A stretch of DNA of 64,000 nucleotides from Felis catus (taxonomy: Eukaryota). The stretch is from NCBI RefSeq assembly GCF_018350175.1, contig NC_058368.1:225992001-226056000 (forward strand), in the 5' to 3' direction. Below, in pieces: positions 39,370-51,099 of the stretch. The stretch's first letter is position 1; each line of letters begins with the position of its first letter. Position numbers and translations under genes: made by a program. Under the pieces are notes generated by a model that ran no database searches, was not told the DNA's origin, and saw only the letters and a program-made list of their open reading frames with translations.

Positions 39370-39656
39370 ACAGTTTACTTCTTGGGCTTTCAGACTGAAG
39401 GAGAAGCCTCTATTTAGGAATGGCAGAGGGAGAAGAGCAAGGGCATATGTTGACTTTTAAGGCATTTGCTCAGACATGACATGTATCACTTCTGTTCATG
39501 TTCCATTGGTCGAAGCAACCATATGGCCAGGTAGCACAGACTGGAAAACTCAACTCCAGAGGGAAGCACTACAGCTCACGTGGCAACAGACAGGATTGTG
39601 TCGCGCGCTCACAAGGAGGGCAGAGAATGAGCAAGAACAATAATACAGTCTAACCA
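39370..39656 (-). mobile_element. MLT1K-like LTR fragment
   Basis: tcacttctgttcatgttccattggtcgaagcaaccatatggcc...gaacaataatacagtcta. Confidence 0.65.
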
Positions 39657-40340
39657 GGGGACCTCCCCATAAGAACTGTTTACAGGGAGGGCCATGAGAC
39701 TTCTTATCACTGCCTTATTACTGCCTTATTACTGACTAGTGGTCACCTGGATAACTAAGGTAACTAATGTAATTACTGCAAAGCATTGAGAATTCGTGAT
39801 CAAGCATTCCAGTCACAGATAAAAGAAGCCCTGTTCACTGAGCCTGCCACATATGACACGAGAGAAATCAGAGTCCGAGTTTACGCCCAGATTCATCAAA
39901 GACACAGACAGCAGTGTCGCTGTCAAGATAAAGTCTTTCCATTGTCATCCATGCTTCTCACTATATGTCATCCATGCTTCTTACATTGGCCACATTACAC
40001 ACACACTCACACACACACACACACACACACTCCTACACTTCCCTTTTTCTCTTAGACACAAGGACTGAAAATAGAAACATGTGACTTGAGCTTCAGAAAG
40101 GTGCTGAATGTCCACAGGAGGTCTTGGGTGTTTTGAGATGTTTTGCTTCCAGCTCTCAGACCTTCTATTTTAACGATGGCTCGTGCATAAGTAAAATTCA
40201 ATGCAAATTTCAGAATTAGCCAACTACCATTGAGATCTCCTCCCACTGGGTTCTGGCCTCTATATTTAAGATGCTCAAGGAAATCTTACAGAAAACTGCC
40301 TTCTTTGGGCAGAAGAGATTTTAATTTTTAATTTGCATGC

Positions 40341-40671
40341 TGTCTTAGTCTATTTGGGCTGCTGTAACAAAACACCATAGACTGGTGGCTTACACACAAC
40401 AGAAATTTATTTCTCACAGTTTTGCAGGCTAGAAGTCCAAGATCAAGGCGTCAGCATGGTCCTGTTTTGGTGAGAGCTGTCTCTTGGTTCATAGCTGGCA
40501 CTTTCTCACTGTGTCCTCACAGGGATTTCTGCGGAGCTTCTTTTATAGGAGGACTAATTCCATCAGGAATTAATCACCTTTCATAGGCTCTACCTCCTAA
40601 TACCATCAACTCTGGGGGTTAGGATTTCAACATATAAATTTGGGGGAGACACAGCCATTCAAACTGTAGCA
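40341..40671 (-). mobile_element. MaLR solo LTR MLT1A0
   Basis: TG...CA termini with a 5-bp TSD catgc. The sequence ends ...gggggagacacagccattcaaactgtagca. Confidence 0.92.
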
Positions 40672-40842
40672 CATGCTTATTTCCTACCAAGTTGAAATTC
40701 TCCAGTTAACTGGTGGTTTCGGCCATGTCTCAAGTTTCAAGGCACAGACTTGCAAAGCAGATACCGCATGATTTTTCCAGCTTGCCTGAGGTGTAATTAG
40801 TATACACAAAGCTGCACACAATTAATGTATACCATTTGGTAT

Positions 40843-40882
<40 letters not shown>

Positions 40883-42059
40883 TGGCATTACTATCGCCAC
40901 AGTTTGGGGAATGAACGTACTCGTCACCTCCAAAGGGCGGATTCAGTATCACTCGTCCCTTTTCTGCCAAAAACCGTTGTAACTATTTTCTCATTAAAAA
41001 GTGAGGGGTTGGAACTTCAGGTCTTCCTGACCAGTTACTCTACTATCAAAATATACGTGGACAGCTGGGGTGCAGGTGCAGGAATTCTAAAGGGCATCGC
41101 CACCTAAAAGTAACTGTTTAAATAAAGTGAGAGGCTAAAAATCATTTAGGAGAAGAAACCTCTGTTCTGTATGCAATTGCTGCAGCAAATTGTCCTTTTG
41201 ATGTACATATCACAACGGAAACTGTCTTTGAAACTGAACCTGTGGAATGTGGCCTTTACCTTTTTGAATACTAATTGGTCACCATCGGTAACAATGTTTA
41301 AATTAATGTATGCAAGTTTCAAAGACATATAGATAGATTTGCTTCCCTTTCCAGAAAAGCTTTGGAATTTATTTACTCTCCCTCCATGAATAAAGGGTAG
41401 GTATAGTGATAACTCCTTACTGTAAGACAATTTAAGTATAACTGGCTGCTTATTGTCATGTGACTGGGAAGGGCCTTCAGAATTGTGCTAATGAGGTCAG
41501 ATAAGATTAATAATGTAAGAACCACAGTTAAGGGCCAAAATGGTCTTAGAGGTAACAAAGTGAAGTAGTAATAAGGGATGGATGCCGGGAAGGGCTATGG
41601 GGGACTGAGGGAAGCTGGCTGCAGTTGGGTTTGTTTTGGGGGGGGAGGTGGAAACATTCGTCCCTGTCAAATGCCTCTCCCTTTACATGATCAGTGGGAT
41701 CATATAAGGACCCAACATCCCATGACATGTCCTGGTTTTGGTTGAATGTGACATGTCTAAAGAATAATAAGGCTGAATTTTCCTTGTGATTTAGGGAAGC
41801 AGGGCAGAAGGACTGTCACAGCCACTTCTAGTCACACTTGACAGAGCAGCATGTGGCCCTGTAGCTGGTCAGTCTGCTGAGATCAAGGGAATGTTTTTCT
41901 TTGTCCATGTGAAAATAATTGCTCAAAATGCAAAGCTTTAATACCAAATAACACATAAATTTTAATCAACTAAGGATAAATTATCGGACATATCAGTTAG
42001 CATCTCTAGGGATAAAGTAACGTTCTAATCAGGAATTAATTCCCCCCCCTGTCATATTG

Positions 42060-43011
42060 GGTTTTAAAAGTCAGGAGAATACCCCAGTCGTAATGAGTAC
42101 CCCTAACAGCCAGATCTTGGTTTTTAATAATATTCTCAAATCAAAGGAACCAGAGCTTTGGAGAAATGACTTATTCCAGTACTGAGGCAGGAAATAAAAA
42201 AGATCAGTCTAGAGTATCTAATAACATCAGAAAGTAAGGAAGTATCCCTCTTTTCCCCAAACCGCACAATGACAGGCTCTGTCAGAGCCATGCAGGAGCT
42301 AACTGAAAGATTTCCCAACAGCCAGAGCTGGAACAATTTGAGCAGTAAAATAAATACAGCAGTATTGGATTATAATCCCAAAATAAATAAATAAGTATCC
42401 ATGTGTCCATACTGATATAAATAAGTGATTGAATACATTAACAAATGCAAGAGAAGAGACAAGTCTATGCAGAAGAATTCCAAAATACCTATACAGATAC
42501 TCTGAACTGGAGAGGGAGAGCGTAACTCCCCATTCCTTAGGTCGGGGCTGCAAAGGGTACATTCATTCTAGTATGAAAAGGAAGAGGAAAAAAAGAATAA
42601 ATTTGCAGTGGAAAATCTGACAAACACTGCCTCAGCTAGGTGGTCAAGGTCTGTAACAGTCATAAATCAAGTTGATGGTAGATGCCCATGATGTGATGTG
42701 ACGAAGATGGCACCTGACCTCGGTCCTCCTGATAGTAGTATCATGAGAAAAACATCACATTCCCAGCAATGGATCCCTGACAATTTTCTCAAAACTTTCA
42801 GTGTCACCAAAAACAAGGAAAACCTGAGAAATGGCAGCAGCCAGGAGGAGCTTAAAGAGACACGATGACTAAATATAATATGGTGTCCTGGATGGGATCC
42901 TGGAACAGACGGACATGAGGTTGAAACTGAGGAAATCTGAGTAAACGCTGGACTTTAGTTCATAGCAACGTATCAATATTGGTTCATTAATTATAATAAA
43001 TGTATCATACT
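42060..43011 (+). mobile_element. L1MC3-like 3'UTR
   Basis: aaaggaaccagagctttggagaaatg..., gactaaatataatatggtgtcctggatgggatcctggaacaga. Confidence 0.8.
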
Positions 43012-44370
43012 TATTTGCAGGTGACATGATACTATATGTACAAAACCCGAAAGACCACCAAAAAACTAGAAATGATAAATGGATTCAGCAAAATAGCAGG
43101 ATATAAAATCAATGAGCAGGTATCTGTTGCATTTCTATACACCAATAATGAAGCAGCAGGGAGAGAAATTAAGAAAACCATCTCATTTACAGTTGCACTA
43201 AAGATAATAAGACACCTAGGAATAAACCCAACTAAAGAGGTGAAAGACCGGTACTCTGAAAACTATATACACCAATGAAACAAAATTGAAGATGATGCAA
43301 AGAATGGAAAGACATTCCATGCTCATGGGTTGGAAGAATAAATATTGTTAAAATATCTGTACTACCCAAATCAATCTATAGATTTAATGTAATCCCTATC
43401 AAAATACCAACGGCATTTTTCATAGAACTAGGAAAAACAATCTTAAAATTTATATGGAACCGTAAAAGACCCCGAATAACCAAAGTAATCTTGAAAAAGC
43501 AAACAAAGCAAAGCTGGAGGCATCACTGTTCTAGACTTCAAGTTATATGACAAAGCTGTAGTGATCAAAACAGCACGCCACAAAAATAGACACATAGATC
43601 TGTAGAACAGAATGGAAAGTCCAGAAATAAACCCACAATTACGTGGCCAGTCTTCAACAAAGCAGGGAAGAACATCCAATGGGAAAAAGACAATCTCTTC
43701 AGCAAATGGTGTTGAGAAAACTGGGTAGCAACTTGCAAAAGAATGAGACTGGGTTACTTTCTTACACCACACACAAAAATAAACTCAAAACAGATTAAAG
43801 ACCTAAATGTGAGACCTAAAACAATGAAAATCCTAGAAGAGAGCACAGGCAGTAATGTCTCTGACATGGGCCATAGCAACATTTTTCTAGGTATGTCTCT
43901 GGAGGCAAGGGAAACCAAACCAAAAATAAACAATTGGGACTTCATCAAAATAAACACACAGTGTTTCCCACACAGTGAAGGAAACAATCAACAAAACTAG
44001 AAAGCAACCTAAGGAATGGGTGAGCATAATAGATAAGTAAAATAAGTCAGACAGAAAAAGACAAACACCGTATAATTTCACTTACATGTGGAATCTGAAA
44101 AACAAAACAAATGAACAAACAAATCAGAAACAACAGACTAGTGGTTGGCGGAGGAAGGAGGTGGTGTGAGGGGAGGGGCAAAATGGGTGACGAGGGTTAA
44201 GAGGTACAAAGTTCTAGTTTGTAGTAAGTCATGAAGATAAAAAGTACAACATGGGGATATAGCAACATTGTAATACTGTCTAATGCATAGACTTGCCAAA
44301 TCACTATGTTGTACACTTGAAACTAAGGTAACATTGTCAATAGCATTTAAATAATAAAAAAGCTTAAAAA
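43012..44370 (+). mobile_element. 5'-truncated carnivore L1 (ORF2 from the RT region + 3'UTR) with internal deletion
   Basis: Starts at tttgcaggtgacatgata (FADD-equivalent) and translates FSKIAGYKIN and LTPHTKINSK. It jumps to the end of ORF2 at ~44020. Confidence 0.9.
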
Positions 44371-44377
44371 TCGTCTC

Positions 44378-44590
44378 AAGTGTGCATGGGTGGCTCAGTC
44401 AGTGAAGCGTCTGACTTCAGCTCAGGTTATGATCTCTCTGTTCATGAGTTCGAGCCCCACAACGGGCTCTGTGCTGACAGCTTGGAGCCTGGAGCCTGCT
44501 GCAGATTCTGTGTCTCCCTCTCTCTCTGCCCCTCCTCCACGTGTGCTCTGTCTCTCTCTCTCTAAAAATAAATAAACATTAAAAAAATAA
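44378..44590 (+). mobile_element. SINEC (feline type), no visible TSD
   Basis: gggtggctcagtcagtgaagcgtctgacttcagctcagg...aaataaataaacattaaaaaaa. Confidence 0.93.
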
Positions 44591-44699
44591 GGGCAAAACT
44601 TAAGGGGACACCAACATAAGTACTATTTCACTGAAATCTTTTTCAAAAGCCAAATGAATGTAAAAAATCCATGACGAATCAAATGCCAAAATTTTATTC

Positions 44700-45140
44700 A
44701 ATTTTAATTCCAATATAGTTAACATACAGTGTTATTATTGGTTTTGAGCGTACAATATCGTGATTCAACAGCTCCATATGTCACCAGGTGCTCATCACGA
44801 CAAGTGCACGCCTTCACCCCTATCACCTACTTCATCTGCCCCCCACCCCCGATCCCCCCTTGGTAACCATCAACTTGTTCCCTATAGTTAAGAGTCTGTT
44901 TCTTGGTTCCTCTCTCTCTCTTTCCCTTTGCTTGTTTATTTCCTAAATTCCACATGTGAGTGAAATCATATGGTATTTGTCTTTGTCTGACTGATTTATT
45001 TCACTTAGCATTATACTCTCCAACTCCATCAGTGTTTTGCAAATGGCAAGATTTCATTCTTTTCTATGACTGAATGGTATTCCATTGTGTGTGTGTGTGT
45101 GTGTGTGTGTGTACCCCATCTTTTTATCCATTCATCTTCA
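44700..45140 (-). mobile_element. Carnivore L1 3'UTR fragment
   Basis: tagttaacatacagtgtta...gtgagtgaaatcatatggtatttgtc...atttcacttagcattatac. Confidence 0.88.
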
Positions 45141-45157
45141 CATATAACAATTGATTC

Positions 45158-45191
45158 ATTTTTAACATTTATTTATTTATTTATGTTTATT

Positions 45192-45243
<52 letters not shown>

Positions 45244-45400
45244 TATGCATGTGTGCATGAGCTGGGGAGAGACAGAGAGAGAGGGAGACAGCTCTGAGCA
45301 CAGAGCCTGATGCAGGGCTTGAACTCACAAACTGTGACATCATGACATGAGCCAAAATCAAGAGTCAGACACTTAAGCGACTGAGCCACCCAGGTGCCCC
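45158..45400 (-). mobile_element. SINEC with expanded (GA)n
   Basis: TSD acatataacaatt on both sides. Confidence 0.93.
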
Positions 45401-46589
45401 TAACATATAACAATTTTTTAAAAAATCAGTACCAGTGCCAGGTTGACCCCCAGTGAGTTCTGAGGCAAAAAGAAAACTCAGTAAACTGAATCAGATACTG
45501 ATCCTATCTTCACTTAAATGCTTGATATTTTGTCTGTCATGGATTTTTAGGTATTTGCTTGATTTTTAAAGGATATTGCTGTGAACTATGATTTTCTTGA
45601 GTACCAAGTTTTCAGTGCTTCTTAATTTTGTGCTCAAGACCTCACTCGAGCCTCGGCCCTGGATGTCTGCCTCAGATTTTATCCTCCTCTTTTCTCTTTT
45701 CCTCTGCTCTGGCCACAACGGTTGCCTTGCAGTCCCTCAAACATTCTAGACAATTCCTTACATTAGGGCTTCTGCACTGGAATCACCTCTTCCCGAACTC
45801 CTTTTACCCCAGAAAAGTACATAGCTTGGTCCCTCGGCTCTTCTAAGTTCTTGGTACAAAGCATGCTTTTCCTGAAAGGTCTACCCTAGCCACTGTACGT
45901 AAATATAAAATCTGTTCTACCCCTCCTGCAGCCTCCCTTTTCGCTTCAGTCCTCTCTTTGAAATAAATAAATAAATAATCAATCAATTGATCTCCATGGC
46001 ACTTCTCACGTCTTTCACTAGATAGTTTCCTGAAGGCACAGTTTTTTTGTGTGTGTCTGTTTTGGTCACTGCCTAGTGCATAAGGGTTGTTCAGAAAATA
46101 TTTGTTGGATAAATGAATGGTTTAACCACTCCAAGGCCCGTTGAGAGCTTTTGGAAGGGTCACAGATTCATTTGATTCAGATAGACATCAATTGTAAAGT
46201 GTTTAAGAGGTAGAATAGATTCAGTCTGAAACTAATTGAAGGAAAGTTTCTGCAGAATGGTATTGGGCATGGTCATTAATTTTTGTCCTTAATATTGGAA
46301 ATTTGCCTTTCTCCCAGTCTTCTGCAAGAAAACACGATCTGAATAGGATCCTCCCAAATGATGTGGAAAAGTATGCCAAAATCTATATTATAAAATTCCA
46401 AAAACCACGCTTAACTACTAGTAAGGGAGGAAAATGTTGATGTATTTTGTGGCTGTTGCTGCCTTTGATTTTGTAGAATTTATCTGGCAAGGGCAAAATG
46501 TCCCGTATTGCAGACTGAGATTCGGAAGTCTGTGATTCTGTTAACCGAAAATATTGAAGTATTTCACTCATTGTCTTTATTTTTTCCTC

Positions 46590-47270
46590 ATAATGAATAT
46601 TTTAAACAATTAGAAATGTGTTCTAATATAATGAGCACTCAGATTGTCACTAAATTGTCAAATTGTACTATTTTTTCCATATTTGCTCAAATTTTCCTTT
46701 CCTTTTTCCCCTAAGAAGTAAAACCTGATAGATATGACAGATAATATATGCTTTCTCTTTCCCATGGTTCTTCCTCCCTCTCCAGTTAAGTACTCTCCTA
46801 AATTTGTTGTTTATCATTTGCATGCATGTTTTTATACTTTCATTAATATGTATGTACCCATAAACAATTTATAGTTGCTTTGCAGATTTTTAAAACTGCA
46901 TATAAATTTTATCCTACTGTATATACCCATCTGAAACATTTTCTTCTGTTGTTAAAAATTATGCTTTTAAGATTCATCCGTGTTGTTACATGTAGCTTTG
47001 GCTACTGTAGTATTACATTGTGTAAATATACCTACCCACCATTGGAAACAATGTTGTATACATCATTCATTGTATTTATCTCTTTGGGTATACAGCTGGG
47101 TGCTTGCTAGGATTGCTGCCTGGGGAATAGGTCTATGTATCTGCAACGTTACTAGAAGTGGATTGATTGTTATCCAAAGTGATTATGCCAATCATGGGCA
47201 TTTTCCATTAGATCCCGGAATATTTTCTGGGAGCCTGTGTTTTGTACAAAAATGATATCACCTAATCTGA
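46590..47270 (-). mobile_element. Old L1ME-like fragments
   Basis: ttaagattcatccgtgttgttacatgtagc..., gattgttatccaaagtgattatgccaat. Confidence 0.6.
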
Positions 47271-47303
47271 TCACCCATCTGTTGAAGTGTAAATGTGTTG
47301 TTT

Positions 47304-47520
47304 AATTTTTTTTTTAATTTAATGTTCATTTATTTTGAGAGAGAGAGACAGAGCGCAAGCAGGGGAGGGACAGAGAGTGAGGAAGACCCAGAATCCCAAG
47401 CAGGTTCCAGGCTCCGAGCTGTCAGCACAGAGCCCGACGTGGGGCTCGAACTCACGAACTGCGAGATCATGACCTGAGCAGAAGCTGGACTCTCAACCAA
47501 CTGAGGCACTCAGGCGCCCC
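47304..47520 (-). mobile_element. Young SINEC (feline type)
   Basis: 13-bp TSD aaatgtgttgttt and many retained CpGs. Confidence 0.96.
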
Positions 47521-49062
47521 AAATGTGTTGTTTTTCTTATAAAAAATATATCGCTTAATAGACATATTAGTAGAAAAAAGTACTGCTTAATAGATATATT
47601 AGTAGAGAAAGGTGCAAAAAAAAAAAGCTTGGACTAGAAGAGTGATGAATATACTGTAAAATCAATTCAATCAGCATTACCTATGGATGCAAAGTGGGGG
47701 AAGAGGTTTCCTGCTGTTCCCGCCAGAGCCGGGGTCATTGGGAACAGTCTCGCGAGCGTTGTCAGAGCAAAGTGTTCATCATTCGGCTCAGTCTGCGTGG
47801 CTTCCACCAAGGCTCTTGAAGCCTCTCCAGTTGCCTGTACACCCACATTTGAGACGGAGACAGGGAGGGGAAAAGAAAACTCTGCACTGCCTTTTTTTGG
47901 GGGGGGGGGCAACTTTGGTTATATTGCTTTACTTCAAGCAAAAGTAAACCTTAGCCCCTAACTTTCTGCTCCCATTGTTCTCTTGATTAAGCCGCTTTTC
48001 CCTTCTTTTCATTTTCCCTTCCGTCCTCAAAGTGAAAGGTACCAGACACAGGACGGCAGGTGGAGACACTTGAATGAAGAGACAATATCCACGTTCATGC
48101 TTGGATAAAGTTGGGGGAAGGATAGGTAGTGGCTTTTCCTTCACCCCAATTTCTGCCCTCTTCCCCAACCAAGGCTGAAACATTCTTTGTCTCCTTTTAA
48201 ATGGTTTCACTTTATTTTCCCCGAAGCATTTTTTGGCTTAAACAGTGACTGAAGCTGTCCTGGTTTCCCCTTCTCACCTTCAAGAGTGTGTTATACTTCC
48301 TTTGGTGCCTTTCTGCAGTGGAGAGAGAACCTGGTTAGATGGCTGATTAAAAAACAAAAACTAAATAATTTGTCCATAACATTAAAGTCTATTAGTGAAC
48401 AACAACATTTTGGCAAAAAAGCACCACTTTAATTCAAGAGAACATAGTCCAGCTGTCAACCTACAACTGCTGCCGTTTCCCAACCCAGAAAGTAAGATTC
48501 AGGAGGTCATTTGGTAGAAAATGGCTTTGTCAATACCAAGCGTAATGCCACTGCTATGGCTGTGTTCCACTCTCCTATTCTGAAGTACAAATGGGACTTT
48601 GTAAGACTGGGTGGATGGAGCTTAACATTTTTTAGGACTTTAATGGAATTCCTGAACTTGCTTTTCTCATGGTAATAAGGGACCTGGCCTCGATGGAGCA
48701 GCCGTTCAGAAAAAGCATATGCAGTGTTCCGATTCTGCAAAGACTAACGTGGAGAAATGGGGTGCGTTGAGGAATTTATCTTCGTGTATTCAGGCGGTTG
48801 AAACAATGTTGCTTAATTCTCACGTCGCTCCCACCAGGTCTACTGGAGTCGGGAAGAGGCTTTAAATGGCTTCCTGAATTTTTCTTTGTGTGAATAGTTT
48901 AAGGGTCTGAGAAACTTGGCACATAAAGGCTTGAGAAGTGGTTGGGTTGATTCAAAAGACACTTATTAACTGCTAATGGCATGCCTTCATGTCACCGGTG
49001 ATTCTCAGATAGAATGTATCTCCGAAACTCTCCTCCCTTTCCCTAGTAAGCTCATTGCCAAG

Positions 49063-49380
49063 TGTGTTAGTTTCCTAGCGCTGCAGTAACAACTTAGCAC
49101 AAACTCTGTTTAGAACAAAAGAAGTTTATTCTTTCACAGCTCAGGAGGCCGGAAGTCCACGATCATGATGTCAGTAGTGTTGATTCTTCCTGGAATATCT
49201 GAGGGAGAAATGGCTCATGCCTGTCTCCTAGCTTCTGATGGCCACCAATGATGTTCGGTGTTTCCTCGTCGGTAGATGCACTCTCTGGAGGTATTCCAAT
49301 CTCTGCCTCCGTCTTCACATTGCTTTCCTCTCTTTGTGCCTCTCCTCTTACTAATCTCTGGATTTAGGGCCCACCTAAAT
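49063..49380 (-). mobile_element. MaLR LTR MLT1C-like
   Basis: tgtgttagtttcctagcgctgcagtaacaa...ccaatctctgcctccgtcttcacat...ggatttagggcccacc. Confidence 0.85.
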
Positions 49381-49918
49381 TTCTGTGCCTTTGCCCTCCA
49401 CCATGCTTGGAACTACTTGTGTTCATGGTAAGAACACACCATGATGCCTGCCTGTGTCACCCCCCATGAACGCTAAGAGATGGAGTCCAAGAGAGAGCAG
49501 AGAGGTGAACCAGATCATCTGCATACTTTATGTGAGCAGCAGATCTAATGGTCATGCTTACCAAGTCACTAGACCTCCAAGTTTTCCAGGTTATCTGTTC
49601 TTCCCTGGATGCTATCTTCCGGTCACACATTTCTCTGAATCTTTCACCCATGCGCAGTGATTAATTGTCTGCCATCAGCAAAATCCCGTATCTTTTACCT
49701 CTTCTCTGCACAACTTTGACTTTCACGATCCAACTAAAACTCACTCCCTAAGGACTCTGATTCCCTTATAAACTGAAAGGGTGGGCCTATGCCGCCGACT
49801 CCATCTTGTTCTGTGTCCTTCACCTAGACCACGCCTCCTCCCCTTGAGTAACCTCCTGCTCACCCATTCAAACTTCCTGATCAAAACATGCCCAGCAACC
49901 TGCGTAACAGGACTCTGA

Positions 49919-49990
49919 CCCTTCCCCAGCCAATCGGCCGAGGCCACGCCCCTTCCCCAGCCAATCGGCTGCCCCTAGACCCCTATAAAA
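49919..49990 (+). promoter_or_regulatory. LTR U3 core promoter: duplicated NF-Y CCAAT box, GC/KLF box and TATA
   Basis: The 20-mer cccttccccagccaatcggc occurs at 49919 and 49950, with ggccacgcccc between the copies and TATAAAA downstream. Confidence 0.7.
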
Positions 49991-50003
49991 CCTTTGTGCT
50001 TTT

Positions 50004-50220
50004 GGGGCGCCTGGGTGGCGCAGTCGGTTAAGCTTCTGACTTCAGCCAGGTCACGATCTCGCAGTCCGTGAGTTCGAGCCCTGTGTCGGGCTCTGGGCTG
50101 ATGGCTCAGAGCCTGGAGCCTGTTTCCGATTCTGTGTCTCCCTCTCTCTCTGCCTCTCCCCCATTCATGCTCTGTCTCTCTCTGTCCCAAAAATAAATAA
50201 ACGTTGAAAAAAAAAAATTA
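50004..50220 (+). mobile_element. Young SINEC (feline type) inserted in the LTR
   Basis: 17-bp TSD aaaacctttgtgctttt (49987-50003 / 50221-50237). Confidence 0.97.
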
Positions 50221-50728
50221 AAAACCTTTGTGCTTTTGAAACTCGCTCCCCCCCCCCCCCCCCCCCCCCCCCGTATCTTACCGCTGCGTCGGTGCAGGTA
50301 GGGGGCTGAGGTCGAGCTAGCTCGAATAAAGGCTCTTTTGCTTTTGCATTGGACTCAGCTCCCTGGTGGTCTTTGGGGATCACGAATTCTGGGCATAACA
50401 TAAACTCTTCATACGGTGCTGTTTTTCCAATACCCACCCTGTACCACTTGGGCCAGAGGTGGAGTAGAAGACCTTTTTGTTCCTTATTGCTACTTATGGA
50501 CACTGTCTTCCCCTGTCCCTCAAAAATCTCTAAACCTATCATCAGAATCCACCACCTGCTAATTTTTCTGGTTGTAATCATCAACCAGCATCCTGGTCAC
50601 ATCTGCATTTACTGAGGTTTTTGTTCCCTGGTCCATGGTCTTTTTAATCCAACATTTTGTGTCTCACTACATTTACCTACCTTCCAGAGACTTTTTCCCA
50701 GCCCCCACCCCCAGCCACTTCTCTAGAA

Positions 50729-51055
50729 CAGTGGAGTCCAATGGAAATAAAATCTGAGCCACAAAGGTGAACTCTATGTGCAACTTTCAATGTTACAATA
50801 GCCACATGATAAAAGTTCAAAAAAACCTGAAATTAATTTTAGTGATATATTTTATGGACCCAATATTCAAAATATCATTTTAATATATGATAAACATAAA
50901 AATATTAATGATGGGTTTAATGTTTTTCATACAAAGTCATCGAAACTTGATGTGTATTTTATACTTGCAGCATATTTCAATTCAAACGAGCCATCCAATA
51001 TCAGTCCTTAGTGGCCATACATGGCCAGGGCTACCATACTATATAACTCACTCAG
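50729..51055. mobile_element. MER33-like (hAT-Charlie)
   Basis: gtccaatggaaataaaatctgagccaca...gaaattaattttagtgatatatttta...gtgtattttatacttgcagcat...agtggccatacatggc. Confidence 0.8.
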
Positions 51056-51099
51056 CGCTAGGGAATGGATACACTCCAGGTGTTGTCCTAACTAGTAAC

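Larger units (their letters stand above)
44591..45662. mobile_element. MER96B (hAT) split by L1 and SINE: arms 44591-44700 and 45425-45662
   Basis: The left arm gggcaaaacttaagggg...aaaaaatccatga is complementary to the right arm tcatggattttt...cttaattttgtgc. The central tgaggcaaaaagaaaa...actgatcct is present. Confidence 0.75.
49774..50400 (+). mobile_element. Young ERV solo LTR (SINE-interrupted)
   Basis: TG...CA termini, 5-bp TSD taaac, two CCAAT boxes, TATAAAA at 49984-49990, AATAAA at 50325-50330, and high CpG content. Confidence 0.92.
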
